In this document: positions 17,150 through 25,997 of the stretch, piece after piece | Layout of the letters: each line of letters begins with the position of its first letter | How positions within the stretch are numbered: position 1 is the stretch's first letter | From: a virus | Taxonomy: Duplodnaviria > Caudoviricetes | Virus record (IMG/VR): IMGVR_UViG_3300035493_000070 | Span: 1-30,045 of that record | DNA: 30,045 nucleotides | Reading direction: 5' to 3' (one strand) | The notes under the pieces: model-generated | Told to the model about the DNA's origin: nothing | What the model saw: only the letters and a program-made list of their open reading frames with translations | Databases searched by the model: none | Position numbers and translations under genes: made by a program

Positions 17150-19615
17150 ATGCAATTAACATTCATCTCGGCAGAAAAGCCGCTAACCAAAAGTTATATA
17201 AACGGCGTGCAAACCGCGTCGTTTCAGAACCAGAAGAACATAACCAGTCGCACGGAGACAGTGACTAACCTCAAAGAATTCTATGATGCGATCAAGACAC
17301 ACTCAGCGCAAGGCCATGCCTTGATGAAAGGTCACTTTGATCGCAAGCTAGAGAATGAGTCTCGAGCGAACCGCACTGCTCATTCTCTACAGACATTCTG
17401 GCTAATGTTGGATATCGATGGTCTAGATGGCATCACTGCCGTAGATGATCTGTTCGAAGATATCCCTGAACTGGCAAACACTTCCTACGTATTGCAGTAC
17501 TCGGCATCATACAAAATCAAGCACGACAAGTTTAACGCACACGTGTTCTTCATGCTCGAAGAGCCTATCCAACCACGTAAGTTGAAAGTGTATCTGAAAT
17601 CCTTGAACTTACGTCCCGGCATCAAGGTCAAATTACAACTGAACGAAGCACGCAGTGCGCTTAAATACTTAATCGACCCAACAGTAGCGGACGAAAGCCG
17701 TATCATTTACATCGCTCCGCCGCTATCCAACAAGAAACTGCCACTACAACCTGATGACTACGTGCAGTTGATCGAAAAAGACAACGAAAAACTGGTATTG
17801 CCGCCGTTCAATCCAGGCACTATCGACGAACAGCTTAACTCAATTCGCGACGAGCTACGTAAAGCCGAGGGCCTGAAGCCCAAAAAAGGCATCAAACTTA
17901 ACTCAGATATCAACGGTCAGACCTATGAGTTGGACACTAACCCAGACTCGGTGAAAATCTACGTAGAGAAAGTCAACGTACACTCCGGATGGGTAACCTG
18001 TAACGTAAACGACGGCGATTCAGCTGCTTATTACTTCCCTATCGGACGTATTACGCAGCAAACGATCATGCGTAACTTCAAGCATGAGCCATATTTCTAC
18101 ATCGCCAAGGCAGATCCAGAGTTTCAAAAGGAATGGAACAACACGCATCTCCCCAAACTATTAACGGAGAACCCAGAACTGGGAAAGCAGACGCCGGAAG
18201 ATTTAAATCACGATTTGATCGGATTGCCAGAAGATGAAAACCACTTCGTAGCATTCGATATTCAAGAATCTTCCTATAAAGTGGTGCGATTTAATCCAGA
18301 AAATCGTGAGCTGGAGATTACTCGACACGAGTTGGAGAAGCTACAGAACTACTGCGCCACAGCTGGCATCGAGTTTCCGGAGGTGAAACCCATTTATCGC
18401 TTCCTGACAGACATCAGCTGCAACAACAACACGCCTATCTGTCACGAAAAGCGCGAAGTGAACAGCTGGATTCTGCCGAAACTGCTCGATCCAAGCGAGT
18501 TGCCGATGCCCGAGGACATCCCACCACGCTCATTGCCGGTGGAAGACGTGATTGAGCGCATTAAGACAGAATGCCCATTAATTTGGTCGCAGCTCTACTC
18601 GGCGTTTGCTTACGACGAGGCCGAAACCTTACCCTTATTTCTAAACTGGTACGCACTTGCTATATTCCATAGGGTAAAACTACGCACTGCATGGATCCTT
18701 CAAGGTACACAAGGGACAGGCAAGTCGTTCATCACTCAAAATTTAACACGAGGACTTCTGAATGACGATGCTAACCTTGCACCGAATAAATCATTGGACG
18801 TACTTACTGATCTATCTAACGCTTGGATGGAGCATGCTGTTTTTGTAGAATGGGAAGAATCGTCCACCAACAAAACAATTCGCGACATCAAGATCGTGGA
18901 TGACATCAAACGTATCGTTACGGGCAAGTCTATCACTTTGAGAAAGATGCGAACGGACGGTGTGCAGCACGAAAACCACCTTAATTGTGTGTTTACGACT
19001 AACCACAACGCTCCGTTTCACCTGGACGAGTCAGATCGTCGCTTCTTTGTGGCCCCAAGACAGGCTAAAAAGTGGCAACACCAATTCGACGAGGCAACAT
19101 TCGCCCACTACGACGAGCACTTTGAGACCATCCTCGAGCAAGAGCTACCTAACTTCGCCGTTAGTATGCATCTCTTGGCGACAGATATCACCAAAGCCAA
19201 TAACGTGATTATGAACAATGCTAAAAAACACCTGATTGATGGCGTAAAAACCACTGGTCAAGGACTACTTGAGGCATTGATGACTGGCGATATCGACTGG
19301 ATTATGGAAGGTTTAGATGAGGATTCAACCGATCCTACCATTCAAATCATCCTGTCCACCGCCAAGAACATAATCAAGATCGCATCGGAGCACATCAAGG
19401 ACACCGAAAAGCCGTACATCCTTAAATGGTCAGAGATCGCTACCTTACATGCGGCCCTTAACGGCGACCGCAACAAGATGTCGACCAAGAAAGTCAAAGC
19501 GTTCGCTCTAAACCAAGGACTGGAAGAACAGCAGCGCAAGCGTAACGACACGGCCGTTAGAGGTATCTGCCTTGAGGTCACCGAGAAATCACTTAGATAT
19601 GCGCGAGGTAACTGA
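17150..19615 (+). CDS. Primase-helicase (N-terminal prim-pol-like domain, C-terminal SF3/DUF5906-like helicase)
   Basis: 'MLDIDG' and 'AHVFF' catalytic-like motifs; Walker A 'GTQGTGKS', 'WEE', 'FTTN', 'SDRRFFV'. Confidence 0.8.
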   Translation: MQLTFISAEKPLTKSYINGVQTASFQNQKNITSRTETVTNLKEFYDAIKTHSAQGHALMKGHFDRKLENESRANRTAHSLQTFWLMLDIDGLDGITAVDDLFEDIPELANTSYVLQYSASYKIKHDKFNAHVFFMLEEPIQPRKLKVYLKSLNLRPGIKVKLQLNEARSALKYLIDPTVADESRIIYIAPPLSNKKLPLQPDDYVQLIEKDNEKLVLPPFNPGTIDEQLNSIRDELRKAEGLKPKKGIKLNSDINGQTYELDTNPDSVKIYVEKVNVHSGWVTCNVNDGDSAAYYFPIGRITQQTIMRNFKHEPYFYIAKADPEFQKEWNNTHLPKLLTENPELGKQTPEDLNHDLIGLPEDENHFVAFDIQESSYKVVRFNPENRELEITRHELEKLQNYCATAGIEFPEVKPIYRFLTDISCNNNTPICHEKREVNSWILPKLLDPSELPMPEDIPPRSLPVEDVIERIKTECPLIWSQLYSAFAYDEAETLPLFLNWYALAIFHRVKLRTAWILQGTQGTGKSFITQNLTRGLLNDDANLAPNKSLDVLTDLSNAWMEHAVFVEWEESSTNKTIRDIKIVDDIKRIVTGKSITLRKMRTDGVQHENHLNCVFTTNHNAPFHLDESDRRFFVAPRQAKKWQHQFDEATFAHYDEHFETILEQELPNFAVSMHLLATDITKANNVIMNNAKKHLIDGVKTTGQGLLEALMTGDIDWIMEGLDEDSTDPTIQIILSTAKNIIKIASEHIKDTEKPYILKWSEIATLHAALNGDRNKMSTKKVKAFALNQGLEEQQRKRNDTAVRGICLEVTEKSLRYARGN

Positions 19616-20421
19616 TGTTTCAAGATCTGAAGTCCTTTTACCCTGAACTTAAATATCTCGAAGACGACCGTCATAGACTAAAAGCACTGCCTCCCCTACT
19701 GCGCATGCAGCTGGAGAGTCAGTCACTGGTAGGCATCGTTAACAATTTCAAAGAAGAGATAGAACTAGCCAGCCCCACTATGGTCGAGCTGATGACCAAG
19801 TCTCTTTTCCGCGAGCACGGGTCGTTTAAAGATATGACCTGGGTAATGATGCATGCGTTCGATAACCGTTTGTTACTGCCGATAATGCGTACTAACGTGG
19901 TTCACACGTTACGTAAAAAGGTAGAACTCTTTCCCGATTTTGCTTTTGGGTATGACGATACGCAGAACCCTTGGGTTAAGCCTAGAACCTATCCAAGACA
20001 TGCCGGAGAGATACCAGTGCATCGCTTTCCTTATAACACCAAAGAGTTTAACGCATCTTACACCGAGGCGTTCTGGGGATTAACCCCGAAAGACTACTCG
20101 CTTTTAGAGACGCTTAGCTCTAAGGTTAAAGGAAAAAGTTCCAAACCTGTGTGGCCTCTGTTCCACCCAAATGAGTTCAACATCTTCAACAAGCTGTACG
20201 AAGAGTATCTGCACAAGCATAAGCTGCTCCCCGAAAGCATAGGCTTGCATGACCTTGCAGTACTGATGGGCGGCGTGAGTACAGTGATGAGCGCACTGGA
20301 AAACTCGTACAGACGAATCTATTACTCTGACGTGGAGTACGACAGAGGACAAGTCAAGAATGACCAATCAATAATCGAGCACAAACGAAGAGAACCGAAA
20401 TACGATGATAACGACATCTGA
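19615..20421 (+). CDS. Hypothetical protein
   Basis: TGATG-coupled to the primase-helicase; 268 aa. Confidence 0.75.
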   Translation: MFQDLKSFYPELKYLEDDRHRLKALPPLLRMQLESQSLVGIVNNFKEEIELASPTMVELMTKSLFREHGSFKDMTWVMMHAFDNRLLLPIMRTNVVHTLRKKVELFPDFAFGYDDTQNPWVKPRTYPRHAGEIPVHRFPYNTKEFNASYTEAFWGLTPKDYSLLETLSSKVKGKSSKPVWPLFHPNEFNIFNKLYEEYLHKHKLLPESIGLHDLAVLMGGVSTVMSALENSYRRIYYSDVEYDRGQVKNDQSIIEHKRREPKYDDNDI

Positions 20422-20983
20422 ACAACGCAACAAAGTGAATGTAAAACTATGGTATGAAACTGCGGGCAACAAATACTCGAAAGAGGCATTAAAGTTTCAC
20501 GTAAACAAGCTATTGCATAGTGAAGTTGAAGAGCTTAATGATGCCGCTGATCAACGAAGTATCTTCGACGCCATTGGCGATGTGTGGTTTGTGCGAACCG
20601 AGATTGATCTGATCCTTGAGCATGTAGGCAATAACGCACTACTCGATCCGTCAATAAAACGCGGCGCATTACACGCAGCAGACGCAATAATCTACGACAT
20701 GCAGATGCATGACCAGAAACTACTTCAGCGCATTTGTGCAGAGGTAATCAAATCCAACTTCTCCAAATTCTGCAAAACAGAAGAAGAAGCGGCAGACACT
20801 CTTAATTGGTACAGGGACACGAAACGAGTGTATGCACGATACGAAAAAGTAGGCGACCTGTTTGTCATACGATCGTTGTTAGACCAAAAGGACTCGAACG
20901 GAAACGATTATCCGAAGGACAAAATCCTTAAGTCCATCAATTTCAAAGGACCTGATTTCAGCGCTTTATTGGAGGCAGCATGA
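20405..20983 (+). CDS. MazG-like (PRA-PH type) nucleoside triphosphate pyrophosphohydrolase
   Basis: 'EVEEL...DAIGD', 'EVIKSNFSK', 'KILKS..F..PD'. Confidence 0.78.
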   Translation: MITTSEQRNKVNVKLWYETAGNKYSKEALKFHVNKLLHSEVEELNDAADQRSIFDAIGDVWFVRTEIDLILEHVGNNALLDPSIKRGALHAADAIIYDMQMHDQKLLQRICAEVIKSNFSKFCKTEEEAADTLNWYRDTKRVYARYEKVGDLFVIRSLLDQKDSNGNDYPKDKILKSINFKGPDFSALLEAA

Positions 20984-21108
20984 CAGAGTTAATTCAAACC
21001 ACATTTGCGATTATTATTGGCGTTGTCGGTGCTATATTCGGCCTGTTCATTATGCTATGGCCGTTATGGGTATCACTGGCAGCGTTAAGACTGCTAGGGT
21101 GGATCTGA
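20980..21108 (+). CDS. 42-aa membrane peptide (MTELIQTTFAIIIGVVGAIFGLFIMLWPLWVSLAALRLLGWI)
   Basis: GGAGG RBS; ATGA and TGATG coupling on both sides. Confidence 0.72.
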   Translation: MTELIQTTFAIIIGVVGAIFGLFIMLWPLWVSLAALRLLGWI

Positions 21109-21356
21109 TGAGTGAACGCATTCATACATTTGATCAATGGCAAGAAGAATTTAAGCCTATAACTAGTAGGCATAGCCCGTGGGTTTTTGATAGAATGCCA
21201 AGTCATATTCCTGTTCAAAACGCCGTCGTCTGGTCGATTATCGAAGTCGAAGGCGATAAGTTTTTGATTAATAAGAAAATAGACGATGCGCTGGGATATA
21301 TGATCACGGCGTTCGGTCCGGATAATCCAACTTTGGCACAATACAAATATAACTAA
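21108..21356 (+). CDS. Hypothetical protein (start MSERIH)
   Basis: Coupled to the upstream stop codon. Confidence 0.65.
   Translation: MSERIHTFDQWQEEFKPITSRHSPWVFDRMPSHIPVQNAVVWSIIEVEGDKFLINKKIDDALGYMITAFGPDNPTLAQYKYN
21158..21196 (+). promoter_or_regulatory. 17-bp palindromic site (21158-21174) plus possible extended -10 promoter
   Basis: TATAACTAGTAGGCATA, followed by TG-A-TAGAAT at 21188-21196. Confidence 0.55.
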
Positions 21357-21366
21357 CGGGCATAAA

Positions 21367-21561
21367 ATGTTACCTAAAGAGAAACCGGAACACGTCCACT
21401 GCTCGGACAAAGAGTGGAACCAACTCCAAGAAACACATCGCATCTTTCAGAAAATGCCGACTCAATCGCTCTCACGTCTTCTGATGAGACAAATCTACGA
21501 CATCATGCCTTCAGCATTGGTGAAGATAAAAAATAACCAGGTAGAGATTACAAACGTATGA
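21367..21561 (+). CDS. 64-aa protein, possible ribbon-helix-helix DNA-binding protein
   Basis: Alternating strand 'EHVHC', helix '[10 protein letters not shown]', helix '[10 protein letters not shown]'. Coupled to nrdB. Confidence 0.45.
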   Translation: MLPKEKPEHVHCSDKEWNQLQETHRIFQKMPTQSLSRLLMRQIYDIMPSALVKIKNNQVEITNV

Positions 21562-22658
21562 GCTACTCCGTCTTTAATCCTAACAAAAACAACCAGTTAA
21601 ACGAGTACATGTTTTTCGGCCAAGAAGTCAACGTGTCTCGTTACGATCAACAGAAGTACCCGTTCTTCGACAAGCTGACACAAAAACAGCTGTCGTTCTT
21701 CTGGCGTCCGGAAGAGGTAGACCTATCAAAAGACGCTATCGATTTCAATGAGAGGCTAGATGATGCGGAGAAACATATTTTCACGAGTAATCTCAAGTAT
21801 CAAACATTACTTGACTCGGTCCAGGGACGATCTCCGAACATCGCCCTACTCCCGATCATCTCGTTGCCGGAACTTGAGACGTGGACGGAAACCTGGGCGT
21901 TCTCGGAAACCATCCATTCCAGGTCCTATACGCACATAATTCGTAACCTGTATGCCAACCCCGGCGTAGTGTTCGATGACATCGTTGATAACCAGCACAT
22001 CAAAGATCGTGCAATGAGTGTAACTGAGCACTACGACCGTCTGATCGAACTATCGGCAAGACGTACAGCTGGATTACCGGTGAATCAGGAAGAGATCGAA
22101 GATGCTCTATTCTTGACGATGGTATCGGTTAACGTCCTAGAGGCAATCCGATTCTATGTGTCTTTCGCGTGTAGCTTTTCGTTCGCAGAACGTAAGCTGA
22201 TGGTGGGCAATGCCACAATCATCAAGCTGATTGCACGCGATGAAGCACTGCATCTATCAGCGACTCAAAACATCTTACAGATGTGGATCAACGGCAAGGA
22301 CGACCCACGCATGCAAGAAGCCGCTGTTCGTAACTTCAGCAAAGTGTTCGATATCTTCAAAGAAGCGGCAGAGCAAGAAATGCAATGGGCCAAGTATCTA
22401 TTTAGCAAAGGCTCAATGCTAGGCCTATCTGAAGCGATCTTATGCGAATACGTGAAGTACATTACTGACGTGCGTATCAAGGCTCTTGGGTTGTCACCAA
22501 TCTACGATGTGACAACCAATCCGTTGCCTTGGATGAACAACTATTTGAACAGCAGTGATTTCCAACCAGCGCCACAGGAAAATGAAATTAGTTCATACCT
22601 GGTTGGTGCGGTTGATTCGTCAATCACCACAGCTGACTTGGCAGGCTTTACGCTTTAA
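21558..22658 (+). CDS. nrdB: Class Ia ribonucleotide reductase beta subunit
   Basis: 'FFWRPEEVD', 'LLDSVQGR', '[11 protein letters not shown]', 'EAIRFYVSF', 'RDEALH', '[10 protein letters not shown]'. Confidence 0.97.
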   Translation: MSYSVFNPNKNNQLNEYMFFGQEVNVSRYDQQKYPFFDKLTQKQLSFFWRPEEVDLSKDAIDFNERLDDAEKHIFTSNLKYQTLLDSVQGRSPNIALLPIISLPELETWTETWAFSETIHSRSYTHIIRNLYANPGVVFDDIVDNQHIKDRAMSVTEHYDRLIELSARRTAGLPVNQEEIEDALFLTMVSVNVLEAIRFYVSFACSFSFAERKLMVGNATIIKLIARDEALHLSATQNILQMWINGKDDPRMQEAAVRNFSKVFDIFKEAAEQEMQWAKYLFSKGSMLGLSEAILCEYVKYITDVRIKALGLSPIYDVTTNPLPWMNNYLNSSDFQPAPQENEISSYLVGAVDSSITTADLAGFTL

Positions 22659-22669
22659 CAACCACCCTC

Positions 22670-22820
22670 GCCTGCCGGGGTATACATCAACGCAATAGCA
22701 AAGTCGCTAGGTGGCAGGCCGTAACCATCCGACTAAAAACAGGAGCACCCGAGGTACTAAAAAGCACGGCAATGCATTTTTAGTGAAATTTGTTTTGGCG
22801 GGGTGGTTCCCGCCATTTTT
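22670..22820 (+). ncRNA. Putative structured RNA, copy B, ending in an intrinsic terminator
   Basis: About 101/115 ungapped identity (hand count) to 16188-16302, with the same stems and terminator. Confidence 0.6.
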
Positions 22821-22866
22821 GTGACAGCAGATACAACGCACAAACCCCACGAAACAGAGGTACAAA

Positions 22867-23040
22867 ATGAATTTTTCAGTTATTCCGTTCGGCAGTTTAC
22901 CGGCCCCTATTCGAGACCTGATCAATGCAGGATCAACCACCGCGAACCAGTTGCGAGGATATCTTGCAGAAAGCAAATACTCACCTGCCGTTAAGAAGAG
23001 CGCATCGTATCACTTCAACAAAAAACGAGGACTAAAATGA
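22867..23040 (+). CDS. 57-aa hypothetical protein (MNFSVIPFGSLP...)
   Basis: GAGG RBS; ATGA-coupled to thyX. Confidence 0.65.
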   Translation: MNFSVIPFGSLPAPIRDLINAGSTTANQLRGYLAESKYSPAVKKSASYHFNKKRGLK

Positions 23041-23870
23041 GTCAGATCTCCGCGAAGATTATCGCCGACAGCGTACACGAAACACGCATCACGACAATGG
23101 AACTGGAATACCCACGATTTATCCACGGTGAGTTTATGACGCATCGTGTGTTCAGTCGCAACGCAGCATCAAGCCGTGCGATCCCGATGAAGAATGTAAT
23201 CAAACAAGTGCTGTTCAACCCAGCAATGCCTATCCATTGGGGTAAGAACCAACGCGGCATGCAAGCTAAAACCGAATTAGGTTTTGTACGCCGAACACTT
23301 GCCAAATTGCTATGGCGCGTCACTGGTATCTTCGCTGCGTTTTTTGCATTCATCTTATACCTATTAGGCTTACACAAGCAGGTAGGAAACCGTATTCTTG
23401 AACCATGGCAGATGATGAAAGTAGTAGTAACTTCAACAACTTATGACAACTTCTTCTTGCTACGTGATCACCCGGCCGCTCAGCCGGAGATCAGAGCACT
23501 CGCAGTTGAAATGCGTCGTGCGTTAGACGAATCTCAACCAACACAGTTGAAGCGTGGCCAATGGCATTTGCCATATGTAAGCGCTGCAGATCTCAAACGA
23601 TACGGCCTAGAAGACTGCAAAAAGATATCCGCGTCCTGTTGCGCACAAACAAGCTATCGCAAGCTAGATGCAACGATGGAAAAAGCACTTTACGTTTACG
23701 AAAGATTAGTGAGCGACGATGTATTACACGCATCACCGTTCGAACACCAAGCACGCGCTATCTCTGGGAATGTCAAATCAGGCAATTTCAAAGGCTGGCG
23801 TCAAAACCGTCAAGACATCGAGGAACAATTTTATGTCAGAAAAACAAACGATCGCCCAAGTGTTAGCTGA
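23037..23870 (+). CDS. thyX: Flavin-dependent thymidylate synthase, phage type
   Basis: 'EFMTHRVFSRNAASSRAIP', 'HKQ..NR.LEP', 'AQPEI', 'HASPFEH'. Confidence 0.85.
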   Translation: MSQISAKIIADSVHETRITTMELEYPRFIHGEFMTHRVFSRNAASSRAIPMKNVIKQVLFNPAMPIHWGKNQRGMQAKTELGFVRRTLAKLLWRVTGIFAAFFAFILYLLGLHKQVGNRILEPWQMMKVVVTSTTYDNFFLLRDHPAAQPEIRALAVEMRRALDESQPTQLKRGQWHLPYVSAADLKRYGLEDCKKISASCCAQTSYRKLDATMEKALYVYERLVSDDVLHASPFEHQARAISGNVKSGNFKGWRQNRQDIEEQFYVRKTNDRPSVS

Positions 23871-24063
23871 GGGCAAAGTAATCAACTCCGAGACGTTTAT
23901 CGTCGCGGCTTCCTATAACGACGATAGTTTTGCCGTTAGCTTTCAGGGCAATGGCAAAGATCTGCTATCTATGCTGACCGCGATTCTCGAAGAGATCGGG
24001 GATGAGATTTCTGTCCCGGCGTTCTTGATAGCAAACAAAAATAAGGTGGAAGTAAATGTTTGA
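23833..24063 (+). CDS. Small hypothetical protein (start MSEKQT)
   Basis: GAGGA RBS; overlaps the thyX end and the polymerase start. Confidence 0.65.
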   Translation: MSEKQTIAQVLAEGKVINSETFIVAASYNDDSFAVSFQGNGKDLLSMLTAILEEIGDEISVPAFLIANKNKVEVNV

Positions 24064-25912
24064 TCAACTGAAGACATTATTCAGTAAACCAATCAAGCAA
24101 GTAGTCACGTTGGACTTCGAGACCTACTATGGTCCGAAGTACACGCTGACTTCACTTACCTATTTGGAGTACATCAAACACCCCGAGTTTTACATTCAAG
24201 GGTTCAGTTACTCCATTAACTTTGGCAAACCAACTTGGGTTCCACCGAGCAAAGTGGAAGAGACACTACGCTCACTGGATCTCGAAAACTCAGCACTGCT
24301 CTGTCAGAACACACACTTCGATGCATCTATCATGAAATGGGTATTTGGCATCGAACCTATGGTGTTCTTGGACACAATGCTGATGGGCCGACAAGTAATA
24401 TATGGATCAACAAGTCTTGATGCTTTGACTAAAGCATTGTTTCCAAACGATAAATCCAAGTGGAAAGGAAAAGAGCTTGTACAGTTCAAAGGCATCAAAA
24501 TCCTGGACGAACAGCAAGAATCGGTTATGGCCGGATATTGCAACCAGGATGTGTATTGCACAAACAATGTATTCCTAGAACTTATCAAGTATTTACCTGA
24601 CCAAGAATTGCGATTGATCGATATGACTCTTCGTATGGCCTATGCGTTTAATCTACAGGCCAACATAGAGGTGCTGACATCGGTAATCGATTCACAGCGC
24701 GATGAAAAGCAAGAGTACATCGATACCTTTGGTGAGACCACACTTCGATCGAACCAGAAATTTGCTGAATTGCTTCGCACATATGGCATTGAACCTCCGA
24801 TGAAAGAATCACCGACCACAGGCAAAATAACCTATGCATTCAGTAAGAATGACTTGGAATTCAAAGCACTGCTCGATGATCCAATAACAGAAGCGCTGAT
24901 CAAAGCGCGTATGACCGTTAAATCTAACATCCTTGAAACACGCGCTCAGCGTTTCATCGATTGTCAGGTTAAATTGGGTTATCTACCGATTTTCCTAAAC
25001 TACGCCGGCGCTCGAAACACCGCACGCTGGTCAGGTGGCCAGAAGATGAACCCGCAGAACCTATCTCGCGGATCGAATCTTCGTCGTGCTATTGAAGCGC
25101 CTCCAGGGTACGTGTTAGTCGTATGTGACTTGTCACAGATCGAAAACCGAGTCCTGGCGTGGATATGTGGATTCCTGGAAGCATTACTTAAGTTTGCTGA
25201 TCCGAACTACGATCCATACATCGACTTTGCAACCAAGTTGTATGACGTACCCGCTGCCCAAGTACAAAAGCACCAACGCCAAGTGGCGAAAGCAGGCGTA
25301 CTGGGGCTGGGTTACGGCATGGGGTGGAGAAAATTCATTCTGTTCGCCAAGCTGTTAACCGGCATTGACGTATCGGAAGAAGAAGCAAAACGTGTTGTAG
25401 CGATGTACCGAACCACGAACTCTCCGATCAGTAGGTTCTGGGATCTATGTCAAGAAGCACTAATCGGTATGGCCAATGATCCAAACATGCATTACTCGGT
25501 TCGAGGAATCACGTTCGGGTATAAGCACGTAATGAAACCAAACGGCACATTCTTGAACTACCACAACTTGAAGTACTACGTGGATGACAAAGACGAATCC
25601 AAAAACGGCTTCATGTATGGTGGCGAGAAAGGCAATTGGAAATATATCTACGGCGGGCTGTTAACCGAGAACTTGGTTCAATCGTTGGCTAGGGACATTA
25701 TCGCTGATCAAGCGGTACGCATCAACGACAAGTACGGCTATGAACCGGCACACATGGTACACGACGAGTTGATCTATGTATTGCCGGTCGACGAAGCCGA
25801 ACAGGCGTACGTCAAGATTCAAGCCGAGATGTGTATTCCACCTGATTGGTGTTCAGATATTCCACTGAATGCCGAAGGCGGTGTCGCAGCCAATTACGGT
25901 GAAGCGAAGTAA
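24056..25912 (+). CDS. polA: Family A DNA polymerase with 3'-5' exonuclease
   Basis: Exonuclease motifs 'DFETY', 'NTHFD', 'YCNQD'; motif A 'DLSQIE', motif B 'KAGVLGLGYG', motif C 'VHDE'. Confidence 0.95.
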   Translation: MFDQLKTLFSKPIKQVVTLDFETYYGPKYTLTSLTYLEYIKHPEFYIQGFSYSINFGKPTWVPPSKVEETLRSLDLENSALLCQNTHFDASIMKWVFGIEPMVFLDTMLMGRQVIYGSTSLDALTKALFPNDKSKWKGKELVQFKGIKILDEQQESVMAGYCNQDVYCTNNVFLELIKYLPDQELRLIDMTLRMAYAFNLQANIEVLTSVIDSQRDEKQEYIDTFGETTLRSNQKFAELLRTYGIEPPMKESPTTGKITYAFSKNDLEFKALLDDPITEALIKARMTVKSNILETRAQRFIDCQVKLGYLPIFLNYAGARNTARWSGGQKMNPQNLSRGSNLRRAIEAPPGYVLVVCDLSQIENRVLAWICGFLEALLKFADPNYDPYIDFATKLYDVPAAQVQKHQRQVAKAGVLGLGYGMGWRKFILFAKLLTGIDVSEEEAKRVVAMYRTTNSPISRFWDLCQEALIGMANDPNMHYSVRGITFGYKHVMKPNGTFLNYHNLKYYVDDKDESKNGFMYGGEKGNWKYIYGGLLTENLVQSLARDIIADQAVRINDKYGYEPAHMVHDELIYVLPVDEAEQAYVKIQAEMCIPPDWCSDIPLNAEGGVAANYGEAK

Positions 25913-25951
25913 ACAAGCACCTTACCCTGGGCATGGATTCAAACTGCCCAA

Positions 25952-25968
25952 TATACCTACTAGTTATT
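25952..25968. promoter_or_regulatory. 17-bp palindromic site upstream of the MoxR ATPase
   Basis: TATACCTACTAGTTATT in the intergenic gap, right after hairpin TGGGCA/TGCCCA (25928-25950). Confidence 0.6.
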
Positions 25969-25997
25969 GTAATACTGTAAAATCAAAGGACTATATC

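Noticed and set aside
23290-23375. Hydrophobic stretch in ThyX as a membrane anchor
   Set aside because: It corresponds to the helix before the conserved HKQ motif of phage ThyX; there is no evidence of an insertion.
25928-25950. TGGGCA/TGCCCA hairpin after polA as a terminator or ribozyme
   Set aside because: No U-tract and no ribozyme core recognised; kept only as a hairpin.
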